64,000 nt of DNA from an uncultured Bacteroidota bacterium (GCA_963806425.1 CAWDYB010000010.1:223453-287452), one strand, 5' to 3'; shown: positions 50,071 through 61,958, numbered from the stretch's first letter. Numbers and translations are program-made. Notes: generated from the letters alone by a model not told the origin.

Positions 50071-51253
50071 TTCCAATACCTCTTTAATACTAAGGCTAAT
50101 TAAGCCGCATGCTTCTTTCAATTCATCATCACTAATACATAATGGTGGTGCAATGCGCAGGCATTCCGGGGCAAACAAAAACCAATCAGTTATTAAGCCA
50201 TTTTTAATACAAGTATTAACGACTTTTTTATTGGTATTAAAATCTGTAAACTGTAACGATGCCCATAGTCCTGCCGTATTTGTTTTTATAATATGGGGGG
50301 ATGGAATTTCTCTTGCTAAAATTTTTTCTTTACTTTTTACCTGTTGTATCCAGTCGCTGTTAATTAAAACCTTCAATGCAGCCAAACCTGCGGCACACGA
50401 TACGGGATGTCCGCCGAAAGTGCTAATGTGCCCTAACACAGGTTCTGTAGTTAAAGCCTTCATTAAATTTTTATCAGCTATAAAAGCGCCCAGTGGCATG
50501 CCTCCGCCTAAAGCTTTACCAAGCAATAATATATCAGGAACAATGTTGTACTGCTCAAATGCCCACAGCGTCCCTGTTCTGCCAAATCCGCACTGCACTT
50601 CATCAAGTATCAACAATGTTTCGTTGTGTTTGCAGCGTTCTGATAATGATTTCAGCCATTCCCTATCAGGGTTTATTACCCCACTTTCTGCCTGCACTGT
50701 TTCCAGAATAACGCAGGCTGTTTGTTCATCAATTGCATCAATGGCATTATAGCAGTTGTAATCATAATGTTGAATGCCCGGCAATAATGGTCGGTAAGCA
50801 TTTCTCCAGTATTCATCTCCCATTACACTTAACGATCCCTGTGTGCTGCCATGATAACTTTTATTGAATGCAATAATGTTTGGCGCCGGTAACTCTTTTA
50901 GAAAGCTTCATTGCACCTTCTGTAGCTTCGGTTCCGCTGTTGGTAAAATACACACTGTTTAACGTAGAAGGCAGGTGGTCTGTAAGTAATTTTGCATAAG
51001 CGGTTTGGGGCGCTTCGATAAATTCTCCGTAAACAATTAAATGCATATAATTGGCGGCCTGTTGTTGAACTGCCGCCACTACGTCGGGATGTGAATGCCC
51101 TATGTTTGCAACACTAAAACCGGCAATAAGATCTACATACTTTTTACCTGTAACATCGTACTGAAAAATGCCTGAAGCCTTTACAATTTCGAGGGCAATG
51201 GGTTCGCCGCTGGTTTGTGCAATGTGTTTAAAGAATAACTGTCGATAATTCAT
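50065..51253 (-). pseudogene. class III (acetylornithine/ornithine-type) aminotransferase, one frameshift
   Basis: ORFs 50861-51262 and 50065-50823 are contiguous. Removing one base near 50879 gives ...KRVTGAKIIAFNKSYHGSTQGSLSVMGDEYW. LILDEVQCGFGRTG and the PLP Lys region LLGKALGGG are present. Confidence 0.85.
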
Positions 51254-51304
51254 TCCATGCAAAGATGGTGAATACCTTTAAAATTGGCAGGATATAGTAT
51301 TGCG

Positions 51305-52876
51305 TTACAGGATTGAAGTATGAATAAAATCCTGCTTTTTACCTTTTTTTTTGTAGTCGTTCATGAGTTTGATAAGAACACCATTTGTCCAGCCAAAACC
51401 ATCCTGTGCAGGGTATTCGCCCCCGCCTGCCTCCAGTGAAAGATCTACCACGTTATATTTTTCCATCAGTTTTCCGGTTCGTTCATACACGCTGCGGTTA
51501 AGCTTTATCCAGCGTGTGGCAATTTCGCGGGCCAGGTTAGGCATATTGTAATTTTCCAGGCCCCGAATTATCATGTATTGCAATGGTGCCCAGCCATTGG
51601 GTGCATCCCACTGCTGGCCGGTATTGTGTAAAGTGGTTTGAATGCCGCCACGCTTCAGCAGTTTTGCATGAAAGGTTTGTGCCACATCTTCGGCCTGTTG
51701 CTGGGTGGCAATTTTAAAAAATAAAGGAAAGGATGCGGCTGCTGTTATATTATCTACCTGAGTATTTTCTTTATGGTCAAAATCAAAATAAAATTTCTTA
51801 CTGCTGCTCCAGAAATATTTCTGAATGGCATTTTTTCTTCTTTCTGCATGCTGCAGCATTTTTTTTGCTGCAGTATTTTTCTTTGCCATCACATATGCTT
51901 CAGCAAGTGTGCTTTCTAAATAATATAAAAGGCAGTTGAGATCTACTGGAATAATTTCTGTCGTATGAATGGTATCGAAAGACTGCGGTTGTTTAAACCA
52001 GCGGCTGCTAAAGTCCCAGCCTGATTCTGCTGCAGCACGTATATACCGGTACATGGTTTCCTTATCCCGGGCCTCTTCCGCTAATTCTACATCTTCTTTA
52101 TAAGACTCTGGTCGTGGCGAATTATTTTCATCCCAATACCTGTTTAACAATGAACCGTCAGGCATTCTTACCACGCGGTGGCTGGCATTTACTTTGTCGT
52201 TTACAGATTTTTCTCCCATCATCCAGAACTGGTATTCTTTTTCCAGTTGCGGCATGTATTTTACAAGTGTCTCTTCTCCTTTTTCTTCGCTTAGTAATTT
52301 AACCATAAGGGCAAAGAAGGGCGGCTGAGACCTTCCGATATAATAGCTTCGATTGCCATTGGGAATATAACCAACAAGGTCTATCAGGTAAGCAAAATTA
52401 TCTACCATGTACTGCATCAGGTCTGTACGCTTTGAAGTTTGCAGACCGAGCATAGTAAAATAACTATCCCAGTAATAAATTTCCCTGAACCTTCCACCAG
52501 GTACAATGTAGGGGTAGGGCAGTGGAATTATAGAGCTGTTTTCCTTATCGGGGCGGCGGGTTAAAACAGTCCATAGATAATCTATGTGAACCTCAACTGG
52601 TTTATTTTGCGGATCATCAATATTTGTTTTATTCTCTTTCGGCAGCTCGAAATGGGTAAAAATAAATGTCTTGAGGTCAAAGTCAGCATCATCTTTTTGC
52701 TGGTTATACCTTTTTTCAATTTCCTTTAGACTAAATTTCGGGAGGCAATCCGGAAACGTTTTACCGTCTTCAAGAATAGCCTTCATCTGCACTTCGTGAA
52801 ACAGTCCCTTTAACTTGTGAAGTTCCTTTGGTTGATTCATAATTCGGGATTGAGGATGATCCTTTTTTTTAATCAA
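51305..52876 (-). CDS. treA: alpha,alpha-trehalase (GH37)
   Basis: Both trehalase signatures are present: PGGRFREIYYWDSYF and QWDAPNGWAPLQ. The start may be the internal MNQPKEL. Confidence 0.92.
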   Translation of the reverse strand: MIKKKDHPQSRIMNQPKELHKLKGLFHEVQMKAILEDGKTFPDCLPKFSLKEIEKRYNQQKDDADFDLKTFIFTHFELPKENKTNIDDPQNKPVEVHIDYLWTVLTRRPDKENSSIIPLPYPYIVPGGRFREIYYWDSYFTMLGLQTSKRTDLMQYMVDNFAYLIDLVGYIPNGNRSYYIGRSQPPFFALMVKLLSEEKGEETLVKYMPQLEKEYQFWMMGEKSVNDKVNASHRVVRMPDGSLLNRYWDENNSPRPESYKEDVELAEEARDKETMYRYIRAAAESGWDFSSRWFKQPQSFDTIHTTEIIPVDLNCLLYYLESTLAEAYVMAKKNTAAKKMLQHAERRKNAIQKYFWSSSKKFYFDFDHKENTQVDNITAAASFPLFFKIATQQQAEDVAQTFHAKLLKRGGIQTTLHNTGQQWDAPNGWAPLQYMIIRGLENYNMPNLAREIATRWIKLNRSVYERTGKLMEKYNVVDLSLEAGGGEYPAQDGFGWTNGVLIKLMNDYKKKGKKQDFIHTSIL

Positions 52877-53013
52877 TAAACATTATAAGTTTAGGATAAC
52901 GGGGCTGGTGAATATTAAATATTCAATACTACCCACGATACGGCAGGCAGTGAAAAGATTATTGGTTTAATCCTGTCCTATAACGACTTTATTTTCAAAA
53001 CAATAAAAAAACG

Positions 53014-54265
53014 CTATACATGTTTGGGTATTTCCTCCCCGGAGTTTTTTTGCAGTTTATTTAGCCCAATAAGCAAAACAATAAGAATCACGATAGGAAT
53101 TATGGAAAGATAAAACGCTTTTTGCCCGCCATAGGCTTCAAAAATATGACCGGTTACTATTGAGCCGGTAGTACCGCCAAGGGCAGAAAAAACAACAATA
53201 AGTCCAGACATCGCGCCATGCTGGTGTTTTGGCAGGTTGCTTAAAATAACAGAATTAATAGCCGGATACACCGGTGCAATAAACAAACCTATCAGCGGAA
53301 AAATAAAGGCAACCAAAGGAGCATCTGACCAGGAGGTAATATTTGTGTTTGTAATATTTTCTGCCAGCGGCACGGTTAATAAAACCAACGCACCTGCACC
53401 TAACAGGCAAATCAGCAATACTAAAAACCAATGCACATTACGCAATAGCAGCCCGGCTATAAATCTGCCTAATGCTGTAGATGCAGCAAGTATGCTTGCC
53501 ATTTGAATGCTTAAAGTTGCCGGCAATTTTAGAACCTGGCTGTTAAAGGTGGGCAGCCAGCTCATTATGCTTTGTTCTATTAAAACATAAATAAAGGCAC
53601 TGGCAATAAATACGAGTACCAATGCTTTACCCAGCAGCTTCAGCATGTCACCAAATTCTTCAGCGAAAGATTTTTTATCTTCTTCCTTTACTTCAGATTC
53701 ATCCAGCTTGCTGGTTAACAGCAAAACAAATGCGGCAGCGGCAAATGGCCAGCAAATAATAGACGTTTAGCCACGATTCTGACCGTGGATTTTGATCGTC
53801 TACAAATGCACTGAAAATAAAGTAGCCTGAAAGAATGCCCACCATAAAAAAGCTCTCAATAAAATTCATGAAAGCTCGCAGTGGTCTTTTTTGTTGGTGG
53901 TTATAATACCCAATGGTAGCGTAAACAGAAACTTTAATAAGTGCAAAACTTACACCCACCACTGCAAACAAAAGTTTGGTCATGGCAAAGCCACCGAGCG
54001 CAGGCATAATTAAACAGGCAATAGTAACAAAAGCCAGGGCAGGCAACATAGATTTTTTGTAACCGATCCGCACAACGTACGACCCAATTAAAAAAGATGT
54101 AACGGCTATGCTCAGGTCTTTAAAAGCTTCAAGAACACTTGCTGTGCCCTGGCTAACATCATAATTATTTTGTACCTGTAATATTACCGTGCCTACGCTA
54201 TTAAGTAAAATGGCGAATATGAAATAATTAATGAAGAGCGAGATCTTAATGCGTAAATTTTGCAT
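53014..54265 (-). pseudogene. sugar-type MFS transporter (FucP/GlcP-like), frameshifted
   Basis: ORFs 53699-54265 and 53014-53724 are the N and C halves of one 12-TM MFS protein. The frame change is near 53700-53760. Confidence 0.8.
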
Positions 54266-54421
54266 GGCAGGCAGGTTTATAAAATGAAAATACCAATTTT
54301 TTCAATCCATTATTTTTTGTTACCGGCCATTGTAAATTATGGTAACACCTGTTGCGTCGCAATACTTTCATCGTTCAGAACTTTATGCAACAGCTCAAAA
54401 TCAAAACCACTCTTTCATTAT

Positions 54422-55497
54422 TTAAAATCTAAAAGTCACCCCTGCATTTACAGTATAATCGGCAAATGCCGCATCACCTGTATATGCCTGCTTTGTTATG
54501 GCAGTGCGGTGCAAATCGGGTACGCTTTGAACCCTGTTTCTTTCAACGGCTACAGGCACATAAGCATAAACAGTTATTTTCTCTTTATTATAAGAAACAC
54601 CGGGTTCTGCAGATACTATGTACCCGGGTCTTCTAAAGCCTTCGCTGCCACCAAAAACATCTTTTGCCGGAAGCCCTTCAAGGCGCATGCCCGCAGATAA
54701 ACTTATGTTGTGCTGCCTTACATTAATACCCGCACGAACCAGGTATTGATCCGGTACACTCATAACATTGCTTCCGTATTGAATACTTGCAGGTGATGAA
54801 ACACCGCCCCTGGCTGTAGATACGCCATTTTGTTCCCGAGGGTTAAACAGGTAAAAAGTATTTGCATAAGCACTAATGTTTTTGCCAAAATTATAGAAGG
54901 CATTTACTTCTGCCGTCAAACCGGTGCCGCCATCTCCCAACTGGATAGACTGATCAACAGGCCCTAAAGATTTTGATGAATCATTAAAAAAATAATCCTG
55001 GTATTTGTAATCGCCTGTTGGCAATTTAATGCCTGCGCCGAACTGTACATTAGCTTTCATATATTTTGCGGGGTTCAATAACCAAACATACCCTGCTATC
55101 CGTATGTCGCCTAGACGAAAGATTTAGTACTGTGCCTTGCTACATTAGCATGTTCATACAAAGAAGTTCTAGTATTTGAAAGCAATGGAACATTCATGTT
55201 TACCGACCACCTGTTGGTAATGTATCGCGTTAAGGTTACATCCATCGTATATGAATAATTGATAACCTGGGTTCCTGAATCTACGCGTTGTTTCTGTTCA
55301 ACCTTTCCGGAAAAATGGCGGAATGATTTGAAATAACGGTTGTTTACATTTAATGCCCAAGTACCAGGCACCTGCAACTGGTGCAGGGTGCACATGCCAC
55401 CTGTGCCTCTTAAAGCTATGCAACCCTGCGCCGTAGTGTTGTTGGTAATGAAACATAATATTGCCATAACACTTAATAGTGAAAAAAAATATCTCAT
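54422..55497 (-). pseudogene. outer-membrane beta-barrel (MetA/phenol-pathway-like transporter family), frameshifted
   Basis: ORF 55111-55497 (signal peptide, alternating beta-strand pattern) and ORF 54422-55078 (ending in an aromatic ...GVTFRF) are parts of one barrel. The break is near 55080-55110. Confidence 0.6.
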
Positions 55498-55559
55498 GAC
55501 AGTTAATTGAATGGTTTAAGGAATATTTTTAAAATGCCCTTTAATAGAGCCTTATAATC

Positions 55560-56918
55560 TTAATGTTGGATTGAATTGGCAACTATTTCATCCTGTTTTT
55601 TCATTTTAAGACGATGCACTACAAATTCGCCAACCTTTCTGCCCTGCAGATTGCCGATATCACACGAATATTTATAATGAATTCCTCCGTATACGCGGGA
55701 TATTGCAGCTTCTTTAGCAGCTTCCCTTACGGATGGAAAGGAACGAACCGTTAATCCGAATTCAGCTTCGGAAGAATCGGTGAAGGCGACATTATCGCCA
55801 TAAATATCCGTCATTACTTCTGCGGCTGCAGCCGATATAACGGCATGGCCGCTGGTGTATTCTGGAAAAGGAGGTGTTTGTATATATGGCTGCCAGTCTG
55901 CATCGAAATATTTATTGATCATGGTTTCGGGGCGCACATAATTGCTACGGTATTTCTCATCCCATGTGCTTATAAAGGCTTCGAAAAGTGCCACCGATGT
56001 TTTAGCATAGGCATATACAGTGGTAGAGAAGTCCGCTTTTTTTTCTTTGCTAATTATACCAACAATATTCATCCAGTGGCCTGCAGGAGAAAACTTTTTA
56101 GTGGCATACATTACATGCCCGATAACATTCATTTTAAAAGCATTATCGTCCCAGAAATCGGCAATTCTTTTCTGCTCATCATTTAATGTGTCAACAATTT
56201 GTTTTACTTCCATAAGGGCTTTATAATACTGGCAATTGGTATCATCTACATTACACATGGGAGGAGGTATGGGACGAAATTGCGAACATGTATCCATCAA
56301 CATGGGTCGAACCTTCATCCAGTGCGGCTCTAGGCCCTGCGCATACATGGGTGGGGTAGGAACCCAGCGGCCCATTGTATCTGTAACAGTAAACTTTGGT
56401 GCGCTGCGCAGTTCGGCATAATTATCTTTTTTACTCCAGTTTAAAATGGCATCAGCTATGGCATTTGAAAAAGCCTCACTGTTTTTTAAAACAGAAGAAG
56501 GTATGCCGGCATTGTCGGCTTTGTTTTTAAGTTCTTTTACATAAACATCCATACTACCCTCGGGAAAAGTTACCGCATTGCCCACCTTGCAAAATGCAAG
56601 CATTGAGGCCAGGTGATAATCTATTTCCTGATGCGCGGGGGCTTTAGGCAGGGGTGGCAACGATTTTAACTGCCCTGCTAAGGAAACGTAATTGGAGTCT
56701 GATGCTGCGATCACTTCATAGGCGGCAATATTTGCATAAGCATAATTGCGTGCAGCAATCATCGGGGGAAAATTATTTTCCAGCACTATATCATTTAATT
56801 TCTTAACGGTTTTAGAATATAGTAACGGGTCGTGAATGGTAGTTTTATAGTCTTCATTATTACTGCAGGAGGCAAACAAAACCAGTAAAGGCAGTAAGCA
56901 TATATATATCTTTTTCAT
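55560..56918 (-). CDS. PAP2-superfamily / vanadium-dependent haloperoxidase-like lipoprotein
   Basis: 452 aa with lipobox LFASC and the complete motif set: KYRSNYVRP (K-x6-RP), YTSGHA (PSGH-like) and SRVYGGIHY (SR-x5-H). Confidence 0.8.
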   Translation of the reverse strand: MKKIYICLLPLLVLFASCSNNEDYKTTIHDPLLYSKTVKKLNDIVLENNFPPMIAARNYAYANIAAYEVIAASDSNYVSLAGQLKSLPPLPKAPAHQEIDYHLASMLAFCKVGNAVTFPEGSMDVYVKELKNKADNAGIPSSVLKNSEAFSNAIADAILNWSKKDNYAELRSAPKFTVTDTMGRWVPTPPMYAQGLEPHWMKVRPMLMDTCSQFRPIPPPMCNVDDTNCQYYKALMEVKQIVDTLNDEQKRIADFWDDNAFKMNVIGHVMYATKKFSPAGHWMNIVGIISKEKKADFSTTVYAYAKTSVALFEAFISTWDEKYRSNYVRPETMINKYFDADWQPYIQTPPFPEYTSGHAVISAAAAEVMTDIYGDNVAFTDSSEAEFGLTVRSFPSVREAAKEAAISRVYGGIHYKYSCDIGNLQGRKVGEFVVHRLKMKKQDEIVANSIQH

Positions 56919-56980
56919 TGTAGAATTATAGCATGAACAGAAAGATCCGTTTGCAACGGTAATTTAATTGCGATAAAAAT

Positions 56981-57529
56981 TTATGCTATAACTCGCGGGG
57001 GTTTTTTACATACATCTTCCGGCTGATAAGCATAGGAAGAATGATAATAAAGGCTAAAGGATTGGGTGGATGAAAAGGTTAATAGATTATGCAGGGTTTC
57101 ATGTATTTCTTTATCAAAAGAGAATTGTTTATAGTTATCAGCTTTTTTGTTTTCGTTGTTAAGAGGCAGGCCATTTACTTTTCCATAATAATCATTTGCC
57201 TTATTGGCAATCTCGGTTTTTTCTGTATTGGCAATGCACATAAGAATCAATGTGTCATTATACAGTTTGCGTTTTACATACGTGTAAGTTGTGCCTTTTA
57301 TGGTTATTTCTCCTTTTGTTCTTTCAAAGCTTTCCCAGTTGGTTTGGTAGGGAAGATTAACTGGCACTTTTAGGGTAATAAGATCTGCATCCTGGTAATC
57401 TCCCTGGTCAAGCCGGGCTTCCATGGTGGCATCGGCAGAATCTCTGGCATAATCAACTAACACTTTAAATCCTATGATATTAAAGAAAAATAAAACAAGT
57501 AATAATATGGCAGCGATCTTTTTTCCCAT
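56981..57529 (-). CDS. hypothetical single-pass membrane protein
   Basis: 182 aa with an N-terminal TM helix. I recognise no motif. It is co-directional within the cluster. Confidence 0.5.
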   Translation of the reverse strand: MGKKIAAILLLVLFFFNIIGFKVLVDYARDSADATMEARLDQGDYQDADLITLKVPVNLPYQTNWESFERTKGEITIKGTTYTYVKRKLYNDTLILMCIANTEKTEIANKANDYYGKVNGLPLNNENKKADNYKQFSFDKEIHETLHNLLTFSSTQSFSLYYHSSYAYQPEDVCKKPPRVIA

Positions 57530-57653
57530 TTGTAAAAAGGAGACATCCAGTACTGCAAATTAAGTGAAATTTTTACGACCTGTTCTATTTAAGCCCAACG
57601 CATCCTTACCAACCTGTTAAAATTTTATACAATAGAACATTAACTGAGCCGCT

Positions 57654-58329
57654 TTACATGGCAATAATTCTTTCTATAGTCCAGTATGCAGCCACCAGGG
57701 CAATAAAAATTGAAATAGGAGTAACAATATACCTGCGGTAATGCTGTATGCGTCCGAAAGGAAGAATGATCAGGCACAAAAACAAGCAGTATTACTATTA
57801 CCTGCCCAAGCTCTACACCAACATTAAAGGACAGAATGGAGGTAACAAATTGTCCGGGCGGAATGCCAACCTCGTTTAATGCGCTTGCAAACCCCAACCC
57901 ATGAATAAGACCAAAGAAAAATACGATAGCAATACGCCAGAATTTGAGTTCATTCAACAAAATATTTTCAATAGCTACAAAAACAATTGACAAAGCTATT
58001 ATGGGTTCAACCACCTCACCAGGTGCTACGATAACACTTTTAATGCTGAGCGCAAGGGTTATGGAATGGGCAACAGTGAATGCCGTTGCCTGCCAAAGTA
58101 TGGTTTTTAATTTTTTGCTTAACAGGCAAAGGCTTACTACAAATAATATATGATCTACACCAAGTGGAATAATATGTAAAATGCCCATTTTGATATAGAA
58201 CCAGGCCACTTCATGGGTGGGCAGGTCTTTCATGGCATAATTAATTACCGGATGCGCCTGCACCTGTTCTGCTAACAGCATGAAAAGAAATGCCAGTAAT
58301 ATTGGCAGTAAGCGATAATACCCTTTCAT
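57654..58329 (-). CDS. HupE/UreJ family membrane protein, probable 3' frameshift
   Basis: Signal peptide ending QAHP, plus HILFVVSL, AFTVAHSITLA, GLIHGLGFA and VGVELGQ motifs. Near 57770 the frame shifts. The alternative frame gives a final TM helix (...IVTPISIFIALVAAYWTIERIIAM) ending at 57654, while the track ORF ends at 57640. Confidence 0.8.
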
Positions 58330-58333
58330 GTTA

Positions 58334-59680
58334 CTACAGGGTTTTTAATACGGTTGAAGCCTCCGTTCTCAGTTCTGAAGGCAGGTTAGCCTTACCATTT
58401 ACAGCCTGGCTTAAAAAGTTTTTGGCCTCAGCAGGTTTATTGTTTTTGGCAAAAATTAAGCCCGCGCGTGTTAGTAAAACAGGATTTTTAGAATTGGTTT
58501 TTAAGGCTGTTTGTACATAGGGCAATGCCTTTGCGTACTCGCCTTTTTTATATAGTACCCAGGCCATACAATTATTTACATCAATATTTTCGGGGCGACG
58601 GTTATATTCCTGTGTAGCGTGATCGAATGCCTTATTCATTTCATTTGCCTGCACATAGGCATATGCAAGTTCCATATCCACATAATGCCCAATGCTTTCA
58701 TCCTCTACGCCGCTTTGAGCTTCTTCGGTCATTTCTTTAATTATGCTATTCAGTATTTCATTGGCTTTTTGCGTATCGCCTGCCTGCCTGTAAACAGCCG
58801 CCAGGTTTTCTCTTATTCCAAAATCATTGATTAAAGCAGATGCCTGGGTAGCTAAATCTATAGCACTTTTAAGATCATTTCGGTAAGTAGCAATTCTTGA
58901 TAACCCTGCCAGTGCAAAGGGGTAGTTGGGGCGCTCCATCAATGCAATTTTATATTGCATTTCAGCCTTATCAATTTCTCCGGTATTTTCAAGTAAGTGA
59001 CCCAATTGAATTCTAGCCCATTCGGTTGCTTCATCGCCGGGTATGCCGGACTCAATAGCAGATTCCATAATATCAATGGCGCCAGGGTAATCGCCATGAA
59101 TTTCCCGCAGGTAAGAAACCCGGGAATAGGACCGAAGATCGGGTCTTATATCAATCATTTTTTGGGCATCTGACACGGCCTCCTGATAGTTGCCCATTTC
59201 AACATTACCATCCACCAATATTCCGTATACAAAAGCATTGTAAGGATTTATTTTTTGCGCCTGCTGGGCAGCGGCAAGGCCTTCTGCAAAATGGTGTTGA
59301 GATATATATAATAGGCTTTTTAGGGTAAGCGATTCAAAATTATTTGGTTGCACGGCTAGGGCATCATCCACATATTTCATGGCTGCCTTATCATAATAAG
59401 CATAATTGCCTGTTATTCTCGCTTCTTGTATGTACAGTGTTGCAAGTTTATTAAGTGCTGCTACATCAGCCGGATCTTCATTAATGGAAGCAAGGTAATC
59501 AGCTGCATTTTTTTGGGTTAGTGCCCATTGTGGGTCCTGTTCCGATGTGTGGGCCCTTTTAAGCAGCGTGTAGGTTACCTTTTCTTCAGTAGTTTTTTTA
59601 TTACTGTAAGAAAAAATAATAATACCGATGGCTGCTGCGAAAACAACCACAAGTAAAGTGTAAATAGATTTCTTTTTCAT
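58334..59680 (-). CDS. tetratricopeptide repeat protein with N-terminal membrane anchor
   Basis: 448 aa with one N-terminal TM helix followed by repeated TPR-like A/Y/G-patterned helices. Confidence 0.8.
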   Translation of the reverse strand: MKKKSIYTLLVVVFAAAIGIIIFSYSNKKTTEEKVTYTLLKRAHTSEQDPQWALTQKNAADYLASINEDPADVAALNKLATLYIQEARITGNYAYYDKAAMKYVDDALAVQPNNFESLTLKSLLYISQHHFAEGLAAAQQAQKINPYNAFVYGILVDGNVEMGNYQEAVSDAQKMIDIRPDLRSYSRVSYLREIHGDYPGAIDIMESAIESGIPGDEATEWARIQLGHLLENTGEIDKAEMQYKIALMERPNYPFALAGLSRIATYRNDLKSAIDLATQASALINDFGIRENLAAVYRQAGDTQKANEILNSIIKEMTEEAQSGVEDESIGHYVDMELAYAYVQANEMNKAFDHATQEYNRRPENIDVNNCMAWVLYKKGEYAKALPYVQTALKTNSKNPVLLTRAGLIFAKNNKPAEAKNFLSQAVNGKANLPSELRTEASTVLKTL

Positions 59681-59781
59681 GATGCGAAATTTTTAAGATG
59701 ATGAGTCTTTTACCATTTAATTCTGTGTTTGTAAAACCTGTTTAAAACACGCCATATTTACGAATATTGGGGCAGCAAAGA

Positions 59782-59818
59782 TTTATTTAATGCATATATA
59801 CAGTATATATTAAATAAA
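59782..59818. promoter_or_regulatory. AT-rich near-palindrome upstream of the TPR/HupE unit, sharing a 15-mer with 63805-63819
   Basis: The sequence tttatttaatgcatatatacagtatatattaaataaa contains the palindrome atatatac-a-gtatatat. tttaatgcatatata (59786-59800) differs from tttattgcatatata (63805-63819) at one position. Confidence 0.45.
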
Positions 59819-59855
59819 AAAAGCCTGCAACAATTAAGCTGCAGGCCTTTTTTTT
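59816..59855. terminator. bidirectional terminator after DUF4331 paralog B
   Basis: gcctgca-10 nt-tgcaggc stem flanked by A7 on the left and T8 on the right. Confidence 0.7.
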
Positions 59856-59867
59856 AAGTTTTAGTAA

Positions 59868-61944
59868 TTATTGTTTGATCAAACTTATGGTTTGAGTTGG
59901 GATACCATTAATTACGGTATTTACGAAGTAAACACCTTTTGGCATTCCACCTGCATTCCACTCTACATTGTAATTGCCTGCCTGCTGTTTCTGGTTAACC
60001 AGAGCTTTGGCAAGTTTTCCATTCTGGTAGTATATACCTATTACAACATTAGATGCTGATTCCAGGTGATACTTAATCATGGTTGAATTTACCAGAGGAT
60101 TTGGAGAAGCAGAGGCAATTGCTGCCGGAGCTGCAATGCTTAAGTTACTCATTGGCTGCCTGTCAGAGCCTGGTACTATTTGAGGAGCACCGCTTTCTGT
60201 CGGAGCAGGGATACCGCAACAAGTTGCCGTTCCCATCCACGGGGTTTGAACATAAGGGAACCTGCTTAGGAAAGTGGTATCATTCTTTTCAATACCAGTT
60301 GTATATCCAAGCACTCTTAATAACTGTGGAGTAACCAATGATCCTCCTGTAATATAATCATCGTATGGTAAGCCTATAGCTGCTAAAACAACGCCGCTAA
60401 CTGCCTGTAATTCAATACGGGTTACATCATCTTCCAGCCTTCTTCCGTTAGGAAAACCATCCATATTAGGAATGAACTCCAGGTTGGCATTACCATTATA
60501 AGCAGGGTCCGTTAATCCAAGAACTGCTGCCTGAATAAGACCAAGAGAACTGAATTTAGGATCGGTTCTGGAAGTAACAGGTACAGCCATATTTAACCGT
60601 AGCATATCTCCACCATTAGGTAAAAAGTTATTTACGAATGGTTTACCTGCTGCGAAGCGGATCACCATTTTTGCCTGTTGCCAATTGGTACGGGCTAAGA
60701 TTGGGAACACCGGTATGGAAGATTGGCCAAATATCTACAGAGCGTGGCTGTCCAGGTCCGGGTAATAGTAAACTTCCGAAAGCATCTTCGTCAAGTGCTG
60801 TACCCTCTACAGCCGGAGTACCTTTTAAAGGGTATAAACCATCCTGACCATTATTAAATCCATATGCGCCCAGAGAGTTTCTTTGAATGCGCAGGTCCCT
60901 GAAAGCCGGAACAGCAATAGCAAATGCTGTATTGTCCATATAAAGTGCCAACTCAGGGTTATAGAAATAATTGCCAAAACTGTGCAGGTAGCTAAGGTCC
61001 TGGTAAGGAGTAAGTGAATTCCAAAGGTCTTTACTGTCCGATAGGAATAACTGCCTCATTGGTCAATGGCATTCCCAGATCTTGAAACCTGAACATACCT
61101 GCCACTTTCAGTTTGTGTACCATCACCATTCAATACACGGGATGATTCTTCTGCTTGCAGAAGCCCATACACCGATAATGTAGTCAGGATCTAAAATGTT
61201 GGCAGCCATGCTGACAGGCTGGTGATCTTTTTGAAGTTCACTTATATCTACCTGAATAGCGATAGCGGAAACGTTTTTACAGGCGAGTCCATCATACTTA
61301 ACACCTTCTGTACGTGGAACATTACCAAGGTCAAAAATACCGCCAAGGTCTACAAAGAAAGGATCATCTGCAGGTCCGCAATAGATCTTTTCGCCAGTTT
61401 GAGCCGTAGTGGTACCTTTTCTTATCAGTTGCCTGTAATTTGAAACACCTAAACCAACCACCGGATCGCTGATAGAACGTGGTCCGATATAAGGAGGAGG
61501 AACCATTCCACCGCCCCTGATAACCTGGAAGGTGGCGCCTCCATCGGTGCTTCTTTCTACTTTGTATGTGGTTTTCAGGTTTTCTTTACCAAGACGAATG
61601 TTGAAGAAGGTTGTAGGATCTTCATTCGTTCTTTTAAATGTAAACCGGTATATAATATCATCCCCGGGGGTAGCAAGATTATTATCAATATGAATTTCAT
61701 AACGAACATTTTCTCCAAAGTGATAATAATTCGGACCGCCTTGTGGTAATTGCATGGGTATGTAACATGCAATAATGGTAACCTTATTCGGATTGTCAGG
61801 GCTGCGGAAAGCATACAAATCTGTATTGTCCGCTAACGGATCATTAGAAATGAGCGGCGCCTCCCTGTGGCTCGATGCCGCAGCGGGTAAGGTAAACCCA
61901 ACTGCAAGAGCCAGTATTAGCGCCAAATGAATAATTCTTTTCAT
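59868..61944 (-). pseudogene. DUF4331 family protein with T9SS C-terminal sorting domain (paralog B), multiple frameshifts
   Basis: ORFs 61123-61944, 60643-61059 and 59868-60710 align along the intact paralog A. At least four frame changes fall within 61020-61140 and one near 60650-60700. The C-terminus SPNPLVNSTMIKYHL...VYFVNTVINGIPTQTISLIKQ is a T9SS CTD. Confidence 0.8.
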
Positions 61945-61958
61945 AATAAAAATATTTT

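Noticed and set aside
54260-54700. 146-aa plus-strand ORF
   Set aside because: It overlaps the C-terminal half of the minus-strand beta-barrel gene, which ends with a typical aromatic terminal strand. The ORF has no motif.
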